NCBI GenBank assembly: GCA_030141605.1
Contig: JAQGDQ010000135.1
Location: forward strand, 372,001-436,000
Length of the DNA: 64,000 bases
DNA from: Tubiluchus corallicola
Lineage: Eukaryota > Animalia > Priapulida
Direction of reading: 5' to 3'
A model generated the notes under the pieces. It did no database searches. It saw only the letters and a program-made list of their open reading frames with translations, and had not been told where the DNA came from. Below, piece by piece: positions 50,450-62,057 of the stretch (position 1 is its first letter; each line of letters opens with the position of its first letter). Made by a program: the position numbers and the translations under genes.

Positions 50450-50960
50450 CGTCACATGGGAGATCGCCTGTTTTTAGATCAAGTCGTAAATCATAACCTT
50501 TTTAATATTTCGGTTCCTTTCAACTTTAGTTGAAATTTGTGTATTTGTGCAATGCTGAGCTATGGACAATAAAAGAGCAGCATAAGGAAACTGGCGCATT
50601 TCAAAGTTTCTATAGGAATTAAATGGCCTGGCCGAATATCCAATATGATCTGTATGATGAGGTGAAGACGAATGTTTACTCCGCTTGGTTAAACAAATGC
50701 AGGTAAGACGATTGCATTCGATTGGGCATGCGCTAAGACTACCTCAAGAGTCTCCTCTTCCTACAGCACTACGCAAAGCTCTTAAAATGAGAAAAAAGCC
50801 GAGAGGTATCAGCCACGGACGTTATATATATATATGTGTGTGTATACAATGCGAAAAGATTTAGTAAATACAACTCTAGATTTGAGAGATGACACATCGT
50901 GGGCAGTGGCGTGGGACAGGAATGCTCTAGAACGTAGAAGATGATTGTGAACTTTTGAAT
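50450..50960 (+). mobile_element. RTE-like LINE 3' fragment
   Basis: NAELWT and RRLHSIGHALRLPQESPLPTALRKALKMRKKPRG; matches 24240-24620. Confidence 0.65.
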
Positions 50961-51919
50961 AGAGAATTTCCGTTACAATCACAGAGCGTTTTTTGTTTTT
51001 TATGGAAGAATAATTGACCATCATCCCGCGTCGTCCAAACTTTTTAATAATTCCGTCTTTTGTGACTATCTCTGATATCTCTGACTATCGTTATTTTTAA
51101 TATGCCTGCGCGAAGTTTATGCATTTGAACATCAAATTCATTTCATTATCTTGCGAACATTAGAGGGCGAAAAATTCTTAAGGCTTCCTTGCCAGTGCTG
51201 TTCACACGCAATATAAGAAAAGCAAAACAGCACGAAAAATGTAAAGCTACCAAAGAGACAACAGAAAACGGTGATTAACAAATTTTATTGTAATTTTGAA
51301 ATTGCGTAGAACGGCCACGAACTTTTGTGATACTAGACGTGTTTCAGTGCTCGACCACTTAGATGAGGTTAATACGCACCTTTAAGTTTTTTAAGTGCTT
51401 GAACAAATGATCGTCTGGGCGTTTGACAGGAAATATTTTCGCACATATGCACAACTACAATTACTGAAAGATATTATCATCAACAGTAACTTGATTATCC
51501 CACCCAGTACTTATAATAATTATTTGGTTGGTTAAGTAGAAAAGTGTTTACTAATATCAGTGGGACAATTCTCGTTGTCATGCATTTCACTTATTTCTTT
51601 AGAATTCAGTAGAAGCTGCGGTGATGACATTATAATAGCCTGTGTGCTGTGCAATGATAACGTAGTAAACAGAGCAGGCAGTGTGTTTACCTAAGCCAAA
51701 TGCTATTCTAGAGCATCTCAAAGTCAATATCCAACCTTGAATGGTATATCAATAAAACACAAAATGTTGCGTTAATCAATAATGCATGCGCGGGTTTTGT
51801 GTAGGGTATTAATTACTGTTGTCATACAACTTCTATATCATATAGTAATTCTATAGGTGATTCACTAATTCCAGTAGTTTCTTCCTTCGTTTCTTCCTCT
51901 TTTTTCCTACTTTTATAAG

Positions 51920-52186
51920 TTCATTCATTCATTCATTCATTCATTCATTCATTCATTCATTCATTCATTCATTCATTCATTCATTCATTCATTCATTCAT
52001 TCATTCATTCATTCATTCATTCATTCATTCATTCATTCATTCATTCATTCATTCATTCACTCACTCATTCACTCATTCACTCATTCACTCATTCACTCAT
52101 TCACTCATTCACTCATTCACTCATTCACTCATTCACTCATTCACTCATTCACTCATTCATTCATTCATTCATTCATTCATTCATTC
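51920..52186 (+). repeat. (TCAT)n / (TCATTCAC)n microsatellite
   Basis: Direct reading. Confidence 0.98.
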
Positions 52187-53904
52187 AGGCATGTATTCAT
52201 TCCATTCTTGTATTCATTTATTCGTTCGTTGTCCATTCGTTTTTTCATGCCGTTTGTATTTTTTCTTTTTCCTCCATTATTCATGAGTAACTGAGGTTAC
52301 GCGCTAACTTGTTCCACTGCTTGTTTATTCGTTCATTTGTTGTTTTATTTGTTCCATTTTCATCATATACTCATTCACTCAGTTGGCTGTTTTCTCTTTC
52401 GTCGTTTATCTAAGTGTTTTCCAGTCATTTTTGTTTATTTCTTTATTCCTAGTAAGATGAAATTAATACTGATAAATTTCATCCTATAGTTTTCTAGGTT
52501 GAACCCAGAGAAAGCTTCTGTGTCTCATTGTTGCACTAAAATACAAATTTTACAATACTCATTAATATATTAGATTCCACACTTTAAAGTATAAATAAGG
52601 AAGGGCTGCTATAGCTTAACAAATCGTATACTTACAACTAATAACGGCATTTTAGTTTGTGACTTTATAAACTGTGATGTTTTATTTGAGTCTCTATTTT
52701 AAAAAAAAACTGGCGAGATATTATGTGACGATTTTAAGTTTTAAATTTTTAGGCAAGATCTTTTTAATATATATTTTAGATTTTTAGATAGAAATTTTTA
52801 ATGCGTTTTATCTAGAATTTTTTATGCATGTTGTAAATATATATAACTATGTGTACTGAAAAAATAAAATAAAAAAATATTTGGTCGGCGACTCCTCGGC
52901 AGAGATGGAATGGCCCAGTGGGCGTGAGTCATGGATTCATATTCCTCAGACAAATGGCAAAGTCCATGTGCCCCAGATATTTCTAAGACGTGCACCATTA
53001 TTACAACACACAGTAGTACAATACGCCATTGTTGAAGGGCCTGCAAATACGGTCTGGGAGAGTTCTCGTTCCAACTAACCCCGTGTGCGAACTGTAACCA
53101 CTCTTACCTACATTTTTTCGAAGCTTTCTTGAATCGATTAACTAAGTCAGCTGCCCCAGTCAAAATACTTTAGATCTTATTTTGTATTTTATTTGAATGT
53201 ATAATTGCAATGGAATTTATTGCACTATTGCATGCATGCCATATAAAAGATGCAATATTGCCAAGGTCAACTTAACGCATAATGTTGCTCTTAGTAAAAT
53301 GTTTAATTATTATGAATTAGGCACGCATGCCTGTTATATAATTACGTGCACGTAATAATGTTTCATATTCTAAGGTTTTATTGAGAAAAAGCTGGCAAGT
53401 ATTTGAAGGTAATAATCACATCTTGAAATGGGTACATAAACTCTGAATTTTATGTGAAACTTATTTTTTTAATTGGCGAATGGAACGACGTGGAAATCTT
53501 TATGTTTAGGTTTTAACTTAAGTTATGCTGGATTAAGTATTTAATCCAATAAACACCCGAATGCAATACTGAAACTCTGAAAAATTTTGCGTCCCCATTT
53601 AGACTTTTCTGCTTCAGACCTTCTGCTTTCAGGCCAGCTATGTTAACCATTACAGCACAGACTGATGTGAATCTAACTTTTCACTAAAAGCCACTATCAG
53701 TCACACAGTCCACAGTATAAGACATAGTGCCAGATCATTCCAATAAATGCACCAAAGCAATACTAAGTCTGAGAAAGTTTTGCAACTCCACCGGCACTGG
53801 AATTCAGCTTTCCGTATTCAGGGCAGCTATGCTAACCAGCCTCTTTATAAGTGGTAACTACACCACAGAAGCTTGGTAACTTTTATAATCCTCCGATGAC
53901 ATAA

Positions 53905-54141
53905 ACATAGACATAGACATAGACATAGACGTAGATGTAGACAAAGACGAGGACGAAGACGAAGACGTAGACTTAGACGTAGACGTAGACGTAGACGTAG
54001 ACGTAGACGTAGACGTAGACGTAGACGAGACGTAGACGTAGACGTAGACGTAGACGTAGACGTAGACGTAGACGTAGACGTAGACGTAGACGTAGACGTA
54101 GACGTAGACGTAGACGTAGACATAGACATAGACATAGACAT
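53905..54141 (+). repeat. (GACGTA)n hexanucleotide microsatellite with GACATA flanks
   Basis: Direct reading. Confidence 0.97.
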
Positions 54142-54749
54142 ATTTATTGATCTCCTCTAGTGCACATTTACGTAACATAGCTTTACTTGAATATAAAGGT
54201 ATATAAACAAAGAAACACGCAGTCCATATTGTAGCAAGACATAGTCTTATAAGTTACAATGCTTTTAAATTGTCTTACCAATAATTTTACAAAGGTGTGT
54301 GTAAATAAAGTTTAGATATTTTAAACAATAACTGGGCAAGCTTGATCAAGCGACCAGTTAACACTTTGAAAATTTAAACTTGCCTCTTTTCGGCATTTCT
54401 GTTTCAAAGTCTCAGTAGCAGCTGGGATTCCCTGAGGATAATTACTGCCGACGTGTTTATTTGATGCTACTAATGTAATCACACGGGAAAAGCGTGTATG
54501 AAGATGTGATTGCAGGCGGCTTAGTTTAGTTCCTCGTGCGAGCTGAAGACATCGTAATCACATCTGTCCTCGTTATGTGCACGATTCGTCTTCGTCTCGG
54601 TATTAATGAGCTGAACCAGAAACATAGTCTGGCAATGACGTTGACATGTGGTGCACAATAACTACGTGTGGTATCCTATTTGGCTTCAAAAAAACCTCGC
54701 GGTTATTTATGGCAAGTGTTAGGATGGAGGCTCACGGAGTTAAACAAAA

Positions 54750-54927
54750 AAGGAAGGAGTTCACAATTCCCACACAATTTAGATTCCCTAACTCTATTCC
54801 TATCCCTAGCCGTAACCCTAAACCTAATCCTAACCCTAACTCTAACCCCAACTCTTGGGAACCCTAATCCTAATCCGTTTCCAAACTAATTTCTTGTGCG
54901 TTGGGAATGTAAACTTTAGCCCAAAAT
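54750..54927. repeat. Dispersed element with degenerate (CCCTAA)n, copy 2
   Basis: Same flanks and telomere-like core as 7090-7220. Confidence 0.7.
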
Positions 54928-55507
54928 AGCTGTACTTTTAAGATTTATACGCAGCTATAACAAACGCAGGTTTATAAGCCTGTAGGCTAAGTTATAAATT
55001 TTTTTTGTTATTTTCGTGGCTTAATTTACCATGACTATAAGTGCAATCTGTGAGCGCTTTAGCGATCAAGATTATTGGTCAGGGCCATGTTCTTAGGTAC
55101 TTTTATACTATATTATTTTTAATTAACATTATCATATATAATATTTTCCTTTCAACCAAGGCCAAGCAGACACACAAATGAAAGCAGTATGTTTAGTAGT
55201 CAGTGTTGTACTGCAAAAAACATGAGCACAGCATACGTTTTTGCTATACCAGTATTGCATACCAAAGATGCAGCTTTTACATTATTGTGCGAACAGCGTA
55301 CAACGGAAACCGTCTTTAACAACAGATGCTATTATTTTTTATTTGGTATAGCATTTACACAGTTTCACAGAACAACAATATAATAAACAACATTTGAAGT
55401 AACGAATACGAATTACCAATTAAAGAATTTAACAACTTACGATTTCTCTTAAATAAACAATTACACAGTAATTGTAGCAATATCAAATCAAATATCACAG
55501 AGTTAGC

Positions 55508-55510
<3 letters not shown>

Positions 55511-55553
<43 letters not shown>
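55511..55553 (+). repeat. (TA)n microsatellite
   Basis: Direct reading. Confidence 0.97.
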
Positions 55554-55557
<4 letters not shown>

Positions 55558-55787
55558 AATTGTCGCTAGGTATAATCACTATCTACAGGCGTAGAAAATT
55601 ATGCAGTTTCCTGTTTAAAACCAACTTATAGTGCGTTTCTACATTTAGACGTGTCTACATTTTGCTGACCTTGCTTCTTGTTTAAAACTTATATTTTTCA
55701 GTATTCGATAGGTTTTTAAAATTCTCACTAAGTTTAGAAACGCTGCTGAAAAAGAACGTTTTCTATTTCTTGTATGTTTATTGCGTA

Positions 55788-56166
55788 AGCATAATAAGCC
55801 TTTTCACAGTTCTAGCGATTGATGATGAGCGTGAAAAGGTCAAAGGTTAAGTGTACGCATTTGCGTACATTTGACAACGTCTCGCAGCCCATGCTGTTGT
55901 AATAGTAACAGTTTTAACAGCTAGTTAGTTAGAACCTTCCCTAGTTCAGTTTTTCTTGTTTATGCAAGATCTTGCTAGTAAATCATTCTACATCGCACAG
56001 ACTAATGCATAATTAAGTGAAGTCCACGTAAAACAACTGAAGTTACAGAACTGATGTGTCAGACGGCTTTGCTTTACACAGATGTCGCACGACGGTTTAG
56101 TTCCTGGATACACTTAATTTTTGGCCTATAGCAACACAACGAAACTGTGAAAAGGCTTATTATGCT
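55788..56166. mobile_element. MITE family B, copy 2
   Basis: Perfect 24-bp inverted repeat AGCATAATAAGCCTTTTCACAGTT / AACTGTGAAAAGGCTTATTATGCT; body matches 6301-6677. Confidence 0.85.
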
Positions 56167-56536
56167 CTTCGTCTTCCACTTCCAAAGAATAACATTATTT
56201 TCAGAATCTTTGGGGTGTTTTTGTCAGGTTTGTGGTTCCGGCCGGTTTAAATTTCACATGTACAGGAACCGATACGAAACTTAGTGAAAGCAATTTTTGT
56301 CTTTTCGTAGGTCTATATTGTATCAACAGATTTCGGTTTTCAATTTAAATTCACACAAACTTTCTCATCAAAGTTCCCTGATTATCCTAAACGTATTTAT
56401 ATCCCGTATAAGTTAAAATATAATATATAGTTTTCACAAAATATGTCCACAGTTGTTATTAACAAATTTTTAATAATGTCACAACATTATACACTTTTTG
56501 ACAATGCAAGTCATAATAACACTGTTTGACATTTGT

Positions 56537-57538
56537 TTACCAATTGAAATCTCTTCCGATGAGCTGATAAAATTTTCTGTTCTCGGAACGGTAAAACTCG
56601 TTTACTTTGTTCAGCACGTTTTGCGCAATTTGAGGATGTGGAAATCCCTTGCGACTACCTAAACATTTTTTGGATGTCAAATTCCGAAAACAGTAAAAAC
56701 CCTTCGTTTCATTGAAGAAAATGTTGTCTTTGGTAAGCAAATGATCTAAGCCCAAAAAACTTTCCACCTGTGAAATCTCTTTTAATGGGTCATTGGTCAG
56801 TTGACCACCGTCCACTATATGAATTTGCTCAGCTGGAAAGTGCTGCAACCATCGTTTTAGATGTTTGTAATAGCAACCCCAGTCCAGAATTTTATCAAAT
56901 ATCGAAGCATAACGTTTATCAGTAGCAAGCTCCTCGAACGTTGCAGGACAATTGTCTTCGAACTGAGGCATAGCGCGCCGTTGCAAGAAAGCTGATACAG
57001 CTCTTGTGACTGGATTTCGTACAAGGAGCACAAGTTTAATAGTGGAATTCATTTTAAGGATTCGCGAAGGTGCATCTTCACTAGCAAAATAGTTTGGATC
57101 TTTCTCGATGGTAATTTCATCTGGTGCAGACAACGGCATCAAGCTGCGGTACCACTCTAATCCCTTAGCATAATTGTTTTCTTTACAGAAAAATTCTACT
57201 TCATGTTTTGCTACCCTTATTTTCGGATGGAAATTTAGGAAGTCTAACAAGGCTCTTGTTCCACATTTTTGGGCTCCAATTATTATACACTGTGGCAGTC
57301 GACGTTCATTGGCACCTGTTTCAGTGTCATTATTTAAAAGATCCATTGTTTGGGTATCAATATTTAAGAGATCCATTGTTTGGGTACTATCACGTACCCT
57401 GCTGTCTATTTTGTTTAAAAGGTTGTCCGCCAAAGCTGTTATCGTTTGGAATTTTCTCAAGTTCAATGCTGACAACAATAACAAAAGAGACGTCAGCAAG
57501 TATAAGGCAACTGTTCTATATTTATCGTTCCTTCCCAT
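56537..57538 (-). CDS. HS3ST: Heparan sulfate glucosamine 3-O-sulfotransferase-like protein, 333 aa, intronless CDS
   Basis: N-terminal type II membrane anchor; RRLPQCIIIGAQKCGTRALL (5'-PSB loop), GLEWYRSLMP, TIEKDPNYF, VRNPVTRAVS (3'-PB), FNETKGFYC...CLGSRKGFPHP, IGRDFNW; in-frame TAA a few codons upstream of the ATG. Confidence 0.95.
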   Translation of the reverse strand: MGRNDKYRTVALYLLTSLLLLLSALNLRKFQTITALADNLLNKIDSRVRDSTQTMDLLNIDTQTMDLLNNDTETGANERRLPQCIIIGAQKCGTRALLDFLNFHPKIRVAKHEVEFFCKENNYAKGLEWYRSLMPLSAPDEITIEKDPNYFASEDAPSRILKMNSTIKLVLLVRNPVTRAVSAFLQRRAMPQFEDNCPATFEELATDKRYASIFDKILDWGCYYKHLKRWLQHFPAEQIHIVDGGQLTNDPLKEISQVESFLGLDHLLTKDNIFFNETKGFYCFRNLTSKKCLGSRKGFPHPQIAQNVLNKVNEFYRSENRKFYQLIGRDFNW

Positions 57539-60499
57539 GATGTGGGACCGTTATGATGATTGTAATAATTCGATGGAACCCAATTTCACGTCGTTTTTAA
57601 CTGTCTTCTGAGCACCGGCATTTCCAAAAAATCACCTATAAGATTAAATCAGCCAAATGTTTATTGCAGTAATTCTTAACCTCGTTTTTCATCATTTTTG
57701 GGTTATAACAGCCAAACTATTGGTGGCTATAACTAAAAAGCCTTGAGCTGCATTTTGCTAACACAAGCGACATTCTGTGCATATTAATAGCTGGCCTCTG
57801 GCCATTTAAATTCAAAACATTGCATCATAAATAAATGACCTTGGCATTAATTATTGCAATGATTGTGGAGAACGACAGCTAAAGACTTCAAAATAGCGAA
57901 TTAAGTTCAGCCGTTTTTGAAATTGCACCAGCTTCAGTTAGTCCAAAAAATAAATAAACGATGATAAAACTGATAACAAGATTCAACAGAGCCAACCGCA
58001 AGTAACATAATTAATATATATTAGCCTCAGATGAGCCCTACAAGTTTCAGTGCTTAGGCCTTAATTGTTCACATTGTTCAATTGTGACTTCAATTGTTTA
58101 CATTGGACCAGCTACACTTTTCTAACAAACTAATCATAGTTGTAACCTCCTTTATTCCTTTTTCACATTTCCTGTCTTTCAAGCTTGGTATTAAAATTGA
58201 ATTAATTGTGCGTTTGCAACATCAATCCCTTATTCTGCTGTCTGCTTGAGTGTTTGTCTGTCTGTTGCCTGTTGTTCCATAATAATTTGGTATAATTACT
58301 AACTGTGAAGTTACAGTTGAAGTTTCTAAAGTTTTAGTAGTTCTAGTTGGCTCGTCACTCTTTCAGCTTCTCTGCTTTTTTTCGGGAATTGATCTGCCAA
58401 CCTACTTGCTTATCAGCATCGTAGTTATCTCATAGAAACAGCACATAACGTGTAACAATTAGCCATTACCTAAATAGTCATCAGCGATTCGAAGCTCCCA
58501 TCAAACTCATCACACAAATAAACTTTGGTAACACACAAATAGACGAGCAGAAGTTGTGCGACTTAAGTAAATAAATCAAAAGCAGGGCATGCAAAAAGCT
58601 GCGATTAATTTCACCGTAATGTGTGCATTTTGACGAAACGTACGCCAGCGTATTTAGCTCAAGAAACACATCCTGCTGCAGAAAACCACTTATGTTGTTT
58701 CGAATCCATAAAAAACTATTTCAGCTGTTTAAAATGACCCATATTCGTGCAAATACGCCAAATAGCTTATACTCTGTAACCATAAGTAATGACCGGAACG
58801 GCCGTTAATAGCGATGAAAGCATATTAGATGCGGTCTTTGCCGAATAAACGTGCAGCTTTTTAGATAGACCTTTTTTGACTGTTTGTTTTTAATGAGTAT
58901 TTACTTGTTTCTGCTGATATTGACATTACACGTATTGTTACATTTTTAGGTATTTGCTCCTTTTTTACTTTCACTAGTTGTAGAAGACTATTAAAAGTGT
59001 CAATAAAATTCAATTCAAGTCTCGTATCTCTTGTCACTAGCCTTGGGCTATGTGCTTGACCCAGTAATAGCCAGTAAAAAAGCATATAGAAGAAAATACA
59101 CTTAAACTACTTAAAGAAACACTACCATCTCCAAAAAATTGGCCTTCTAACCGCGAGTAAGTCATTGTGAAGTGTTAGAAATAAGAATTTTTTTATCAAT
59201 AATAAAACAAAAGCGGAAGTGTTAAACATAAAGCAGGCGGTCTCAAACTGTATAGTGACGTTTATAGATTGTAACTAGCACACAAAACTAGGCTAATGCC
59301 AAGAATTGAGAAGACCTGTTGTTTGCTGGACAAAGTAACTAAGTCCTAGTTTTCTGGATATTGCTGATAAAATCGCATTAGTTATAGCAATGAAAAGTTT
59401 TGCAGTCTTGCGAATGCCACAAAAAACTATCCATACTTACAATAGACAAATGAAGACCTACAAATGCAGGATTTAACTATCCTGCAGTTTAATCTTCAGT
59501 AATTATACCGTGATACAATTTATTTGCGAATTAAAGGATTTTCGGATTAAATGAAAATTTTGTTCATTCTCTAGGTGGTAAAATTCTTTTAATCTAGACA
59601 TTTAGTCTCGTATAAATTTAATTTAACCAAACCATTGTAAAAAGAGGGTAGTAACGACCTTTGGCATTTGATAAACATTCTTTATGTTTTTCTATTTTCC
59701 GACAATAAAACTCCTTTGTTTCATTGAAATTAAGGTTGTCCTTCGTTTTAAAGTGCTCATTACCTAAGAAGTTTTCCGCTTCTTAACGTGTCTCTACTCT
59801 AGTATTTCGTTCATTTTCATTTTAACTATGATCTTGTTGCCTGACTGGGATTGCGGATCGCAATATTATTGGTAAACTGTCAGTTGCACGAGTCAGCTAT
59901 TCAAAACACGTGCTTAAGAGAGAACATAAGTGCAGAATGCATTCCATAATCACGGTAATTAATAGTTGATGGTGCGCCTGCAAGTAGTTTCACTAACATT
60001 CAATATACAAAGCCGCAGCAGCAACAGCAGCAACAGCAGCGGCAGCAGCAGCAGCAGAAGCAGCAACAACAACATCAGCGGTAAGCAGCAACAACACAAC
60101 AACGGCAAGATAGCAACAGCAGCATTACAGCGATCCAGAAACGACAAATTCCAAAATGGGAGAAACAGCCAATTATAAAAATAAATTCACAGGAAGAAAG
60201 TTATCCAAAAAACCCACAGCAACAAAAACAAGTAGCTGTGGCAGCGTTGGCTACAGTCTGTTGCCTATAGGGTACCTAGGACTGATGTAGAATAAGAAAC
60301 AGAAGAAGTGTATTCTCAGCCTGTGCAGAGATGAGAGCAAACAGAGCGGAAGAGAACAGGCAGGTATAATGGACATGCGAAAATGGTCATGTGTCATTAC
60401 CTGAAGAAAAGGAAAGAAATCATGAAATAGAGCAGTTTGCAGAAAATAGGGAGAGAAGATTAAAAGGTAGGCACGTGGATATAATTATATGAATAAACC

Positions 60500-60916
60500 A
60501 AATGAAGGAAAACCAAAATGTAGATTCAGAGATTGGTCTGTTTTTTGACGAAGAGATGGGGAAGTATCCACTTGATTACTACTTACAAGACAATGGGCTA
60601 TTGCGGAAGTGGCGACCTGTAGATGTGGCTATGGATGAAGGCTGGAGAGTGGAAAACCACGTTGTGATGCCAGAAAAACACGGAGTCTAAATCCCGGAAC
60701 TGGCAAGTGACTGACTGATGAGTGGTCATTTGGGTATTAATAAAGCAACCGAGAAAATATTAAGACATTTTTTTGGCCAGGAGAAAACAACACTGTTGCA
60801 AAATTTCACATGTCAGGTGACTAGCAAAAAAATCCTGAAAAAGTTGCTCTATTACAGCCGATACCAGCAATAGGAGAACCATATTATGGCAGTTGATTGT
60901 GTAGGACCACTCCCAA
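60500..60916 (+). mobile_element. Ty3/Gypsy LTR retrotransposon integrase remnant
   Basis: YYLQDNGLLRKWRP...VVMP...SGHLGINKATEKILRHFFWPG...CQV...LQPIPAIGEP...AVDCVGPLP (zinc-finger and start of the integrase core), broken by stops and frameshifts. Confidence 0.85.
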
Positions 60917-61792
60917 TGAAATGAAATTGCAATATGAATTGATAAACTTTCGAAGAAGGGTATAGTGGGGTAATGTCGGCCATCGGCTAACGTCGACCAT
61001 CCAATGTTTGTACACTCAAATTAGGTCACGTGACGTAGACTGGTTTTTCGTAGAATAAATAAAATATTTATAGCCTATGACAGTACCAGGCCTACAACAC
61101 CTCCAGCTATAGTGTAGCTACAATTTTGAGTATTTAGGGTATATTGGGGTAATGTCGGCCATATTTAGATTTTTTCAATTATTTACCTTATGTTTGCATC
61201 AATGAGTATTTATAAAATATTGGTGTAAACATAAGGTAAATAATTGAGAAAAATCTAAATATGACCCAATGTACCGTAAATGCACAAACTTGTAGTTGCA
61301 CACTAGCTGGAGATGTAGTAGATTAGGTACTGTGCTACCAAAGAGGAATTCCATAACTACTGTTTTTTGTAACTTCTGGCGCACCCCCGAGCCGCAAACC
61401 AGGCTACCCTCAGCGACAAACACAACAACGATAACGACGAATTACAAACTATTTTTTGCACTATGGGATCAACATCTTTTACCATTTTAAAGGTAACTAT
61501 TTTGGGTTTTACGCTACAGTGTATTGTATTTTTAGTGCTCCGTCTTGTGTATTTAGGTATTGTGGCTGGGTGTTTTTGTATGTACATATGTAAATATTAG
61601 TTTCTGTCGTAATTTTATAGCGTAGCTCAGTGTTTTTTTAATATTTTACATAATGTATGAAATAAATTTAAAATAAAATAAAAAATAATAGCAGTAGCCT
61701 GAGAATTCAACACTAAACGACGTCTTCCAGACATGGCGAATTGCCTGGATTAAAACAGCAAGCTTATATGGTATTACGCTACACTGCTATAA

Positions 61793-62057
61793 CAACGCGT
61801 TCTGACTAGAAATTTTTCTCTTGCACGTTCTGGCGCAAGTTTCTCTGTGAGTAAACTCGCAAATGTGAACGGCTTTGCAAGTTCTCTCTGTGAGTAAACT
61901 CGCAAATGTGAACGGCTCTGCAAGTTCTCTCGCAAGTTATTGCAGTTATTGCCAAAATTTGCGAGAGAACTTGCAAAACCGCTCAATCTTGCCAGTTTAC
62001 TCTTAGAGAAAACTTGTGCAAGAACTTGCGAGAGAACTCTTTAGTCTGAATGCGCCA
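61793..62057. mobile_element. PIF/Harbinger-like palindromic MITE, family A
   Basis: Same internal motifs (GAGTAAACTCGCAA, GCGAGAGAACTTGCAAAACCG) and end AGTCTGAATGCGCCA; carries an internal tandem duplication. Confidence 0.7.

Noticed and set aside
54798-54880. True telomere or chromosome fusion site
   Set aside because: Short, degenerate, single-orientation tract with flanks shared by another dispersed copy.
57174-57611. 145-aa + strand ORF overlapping HS3ST
   Set aside because: Antisense shadow of the sulfotransferase CDS, with no recognisable motif and a non-ATG start.
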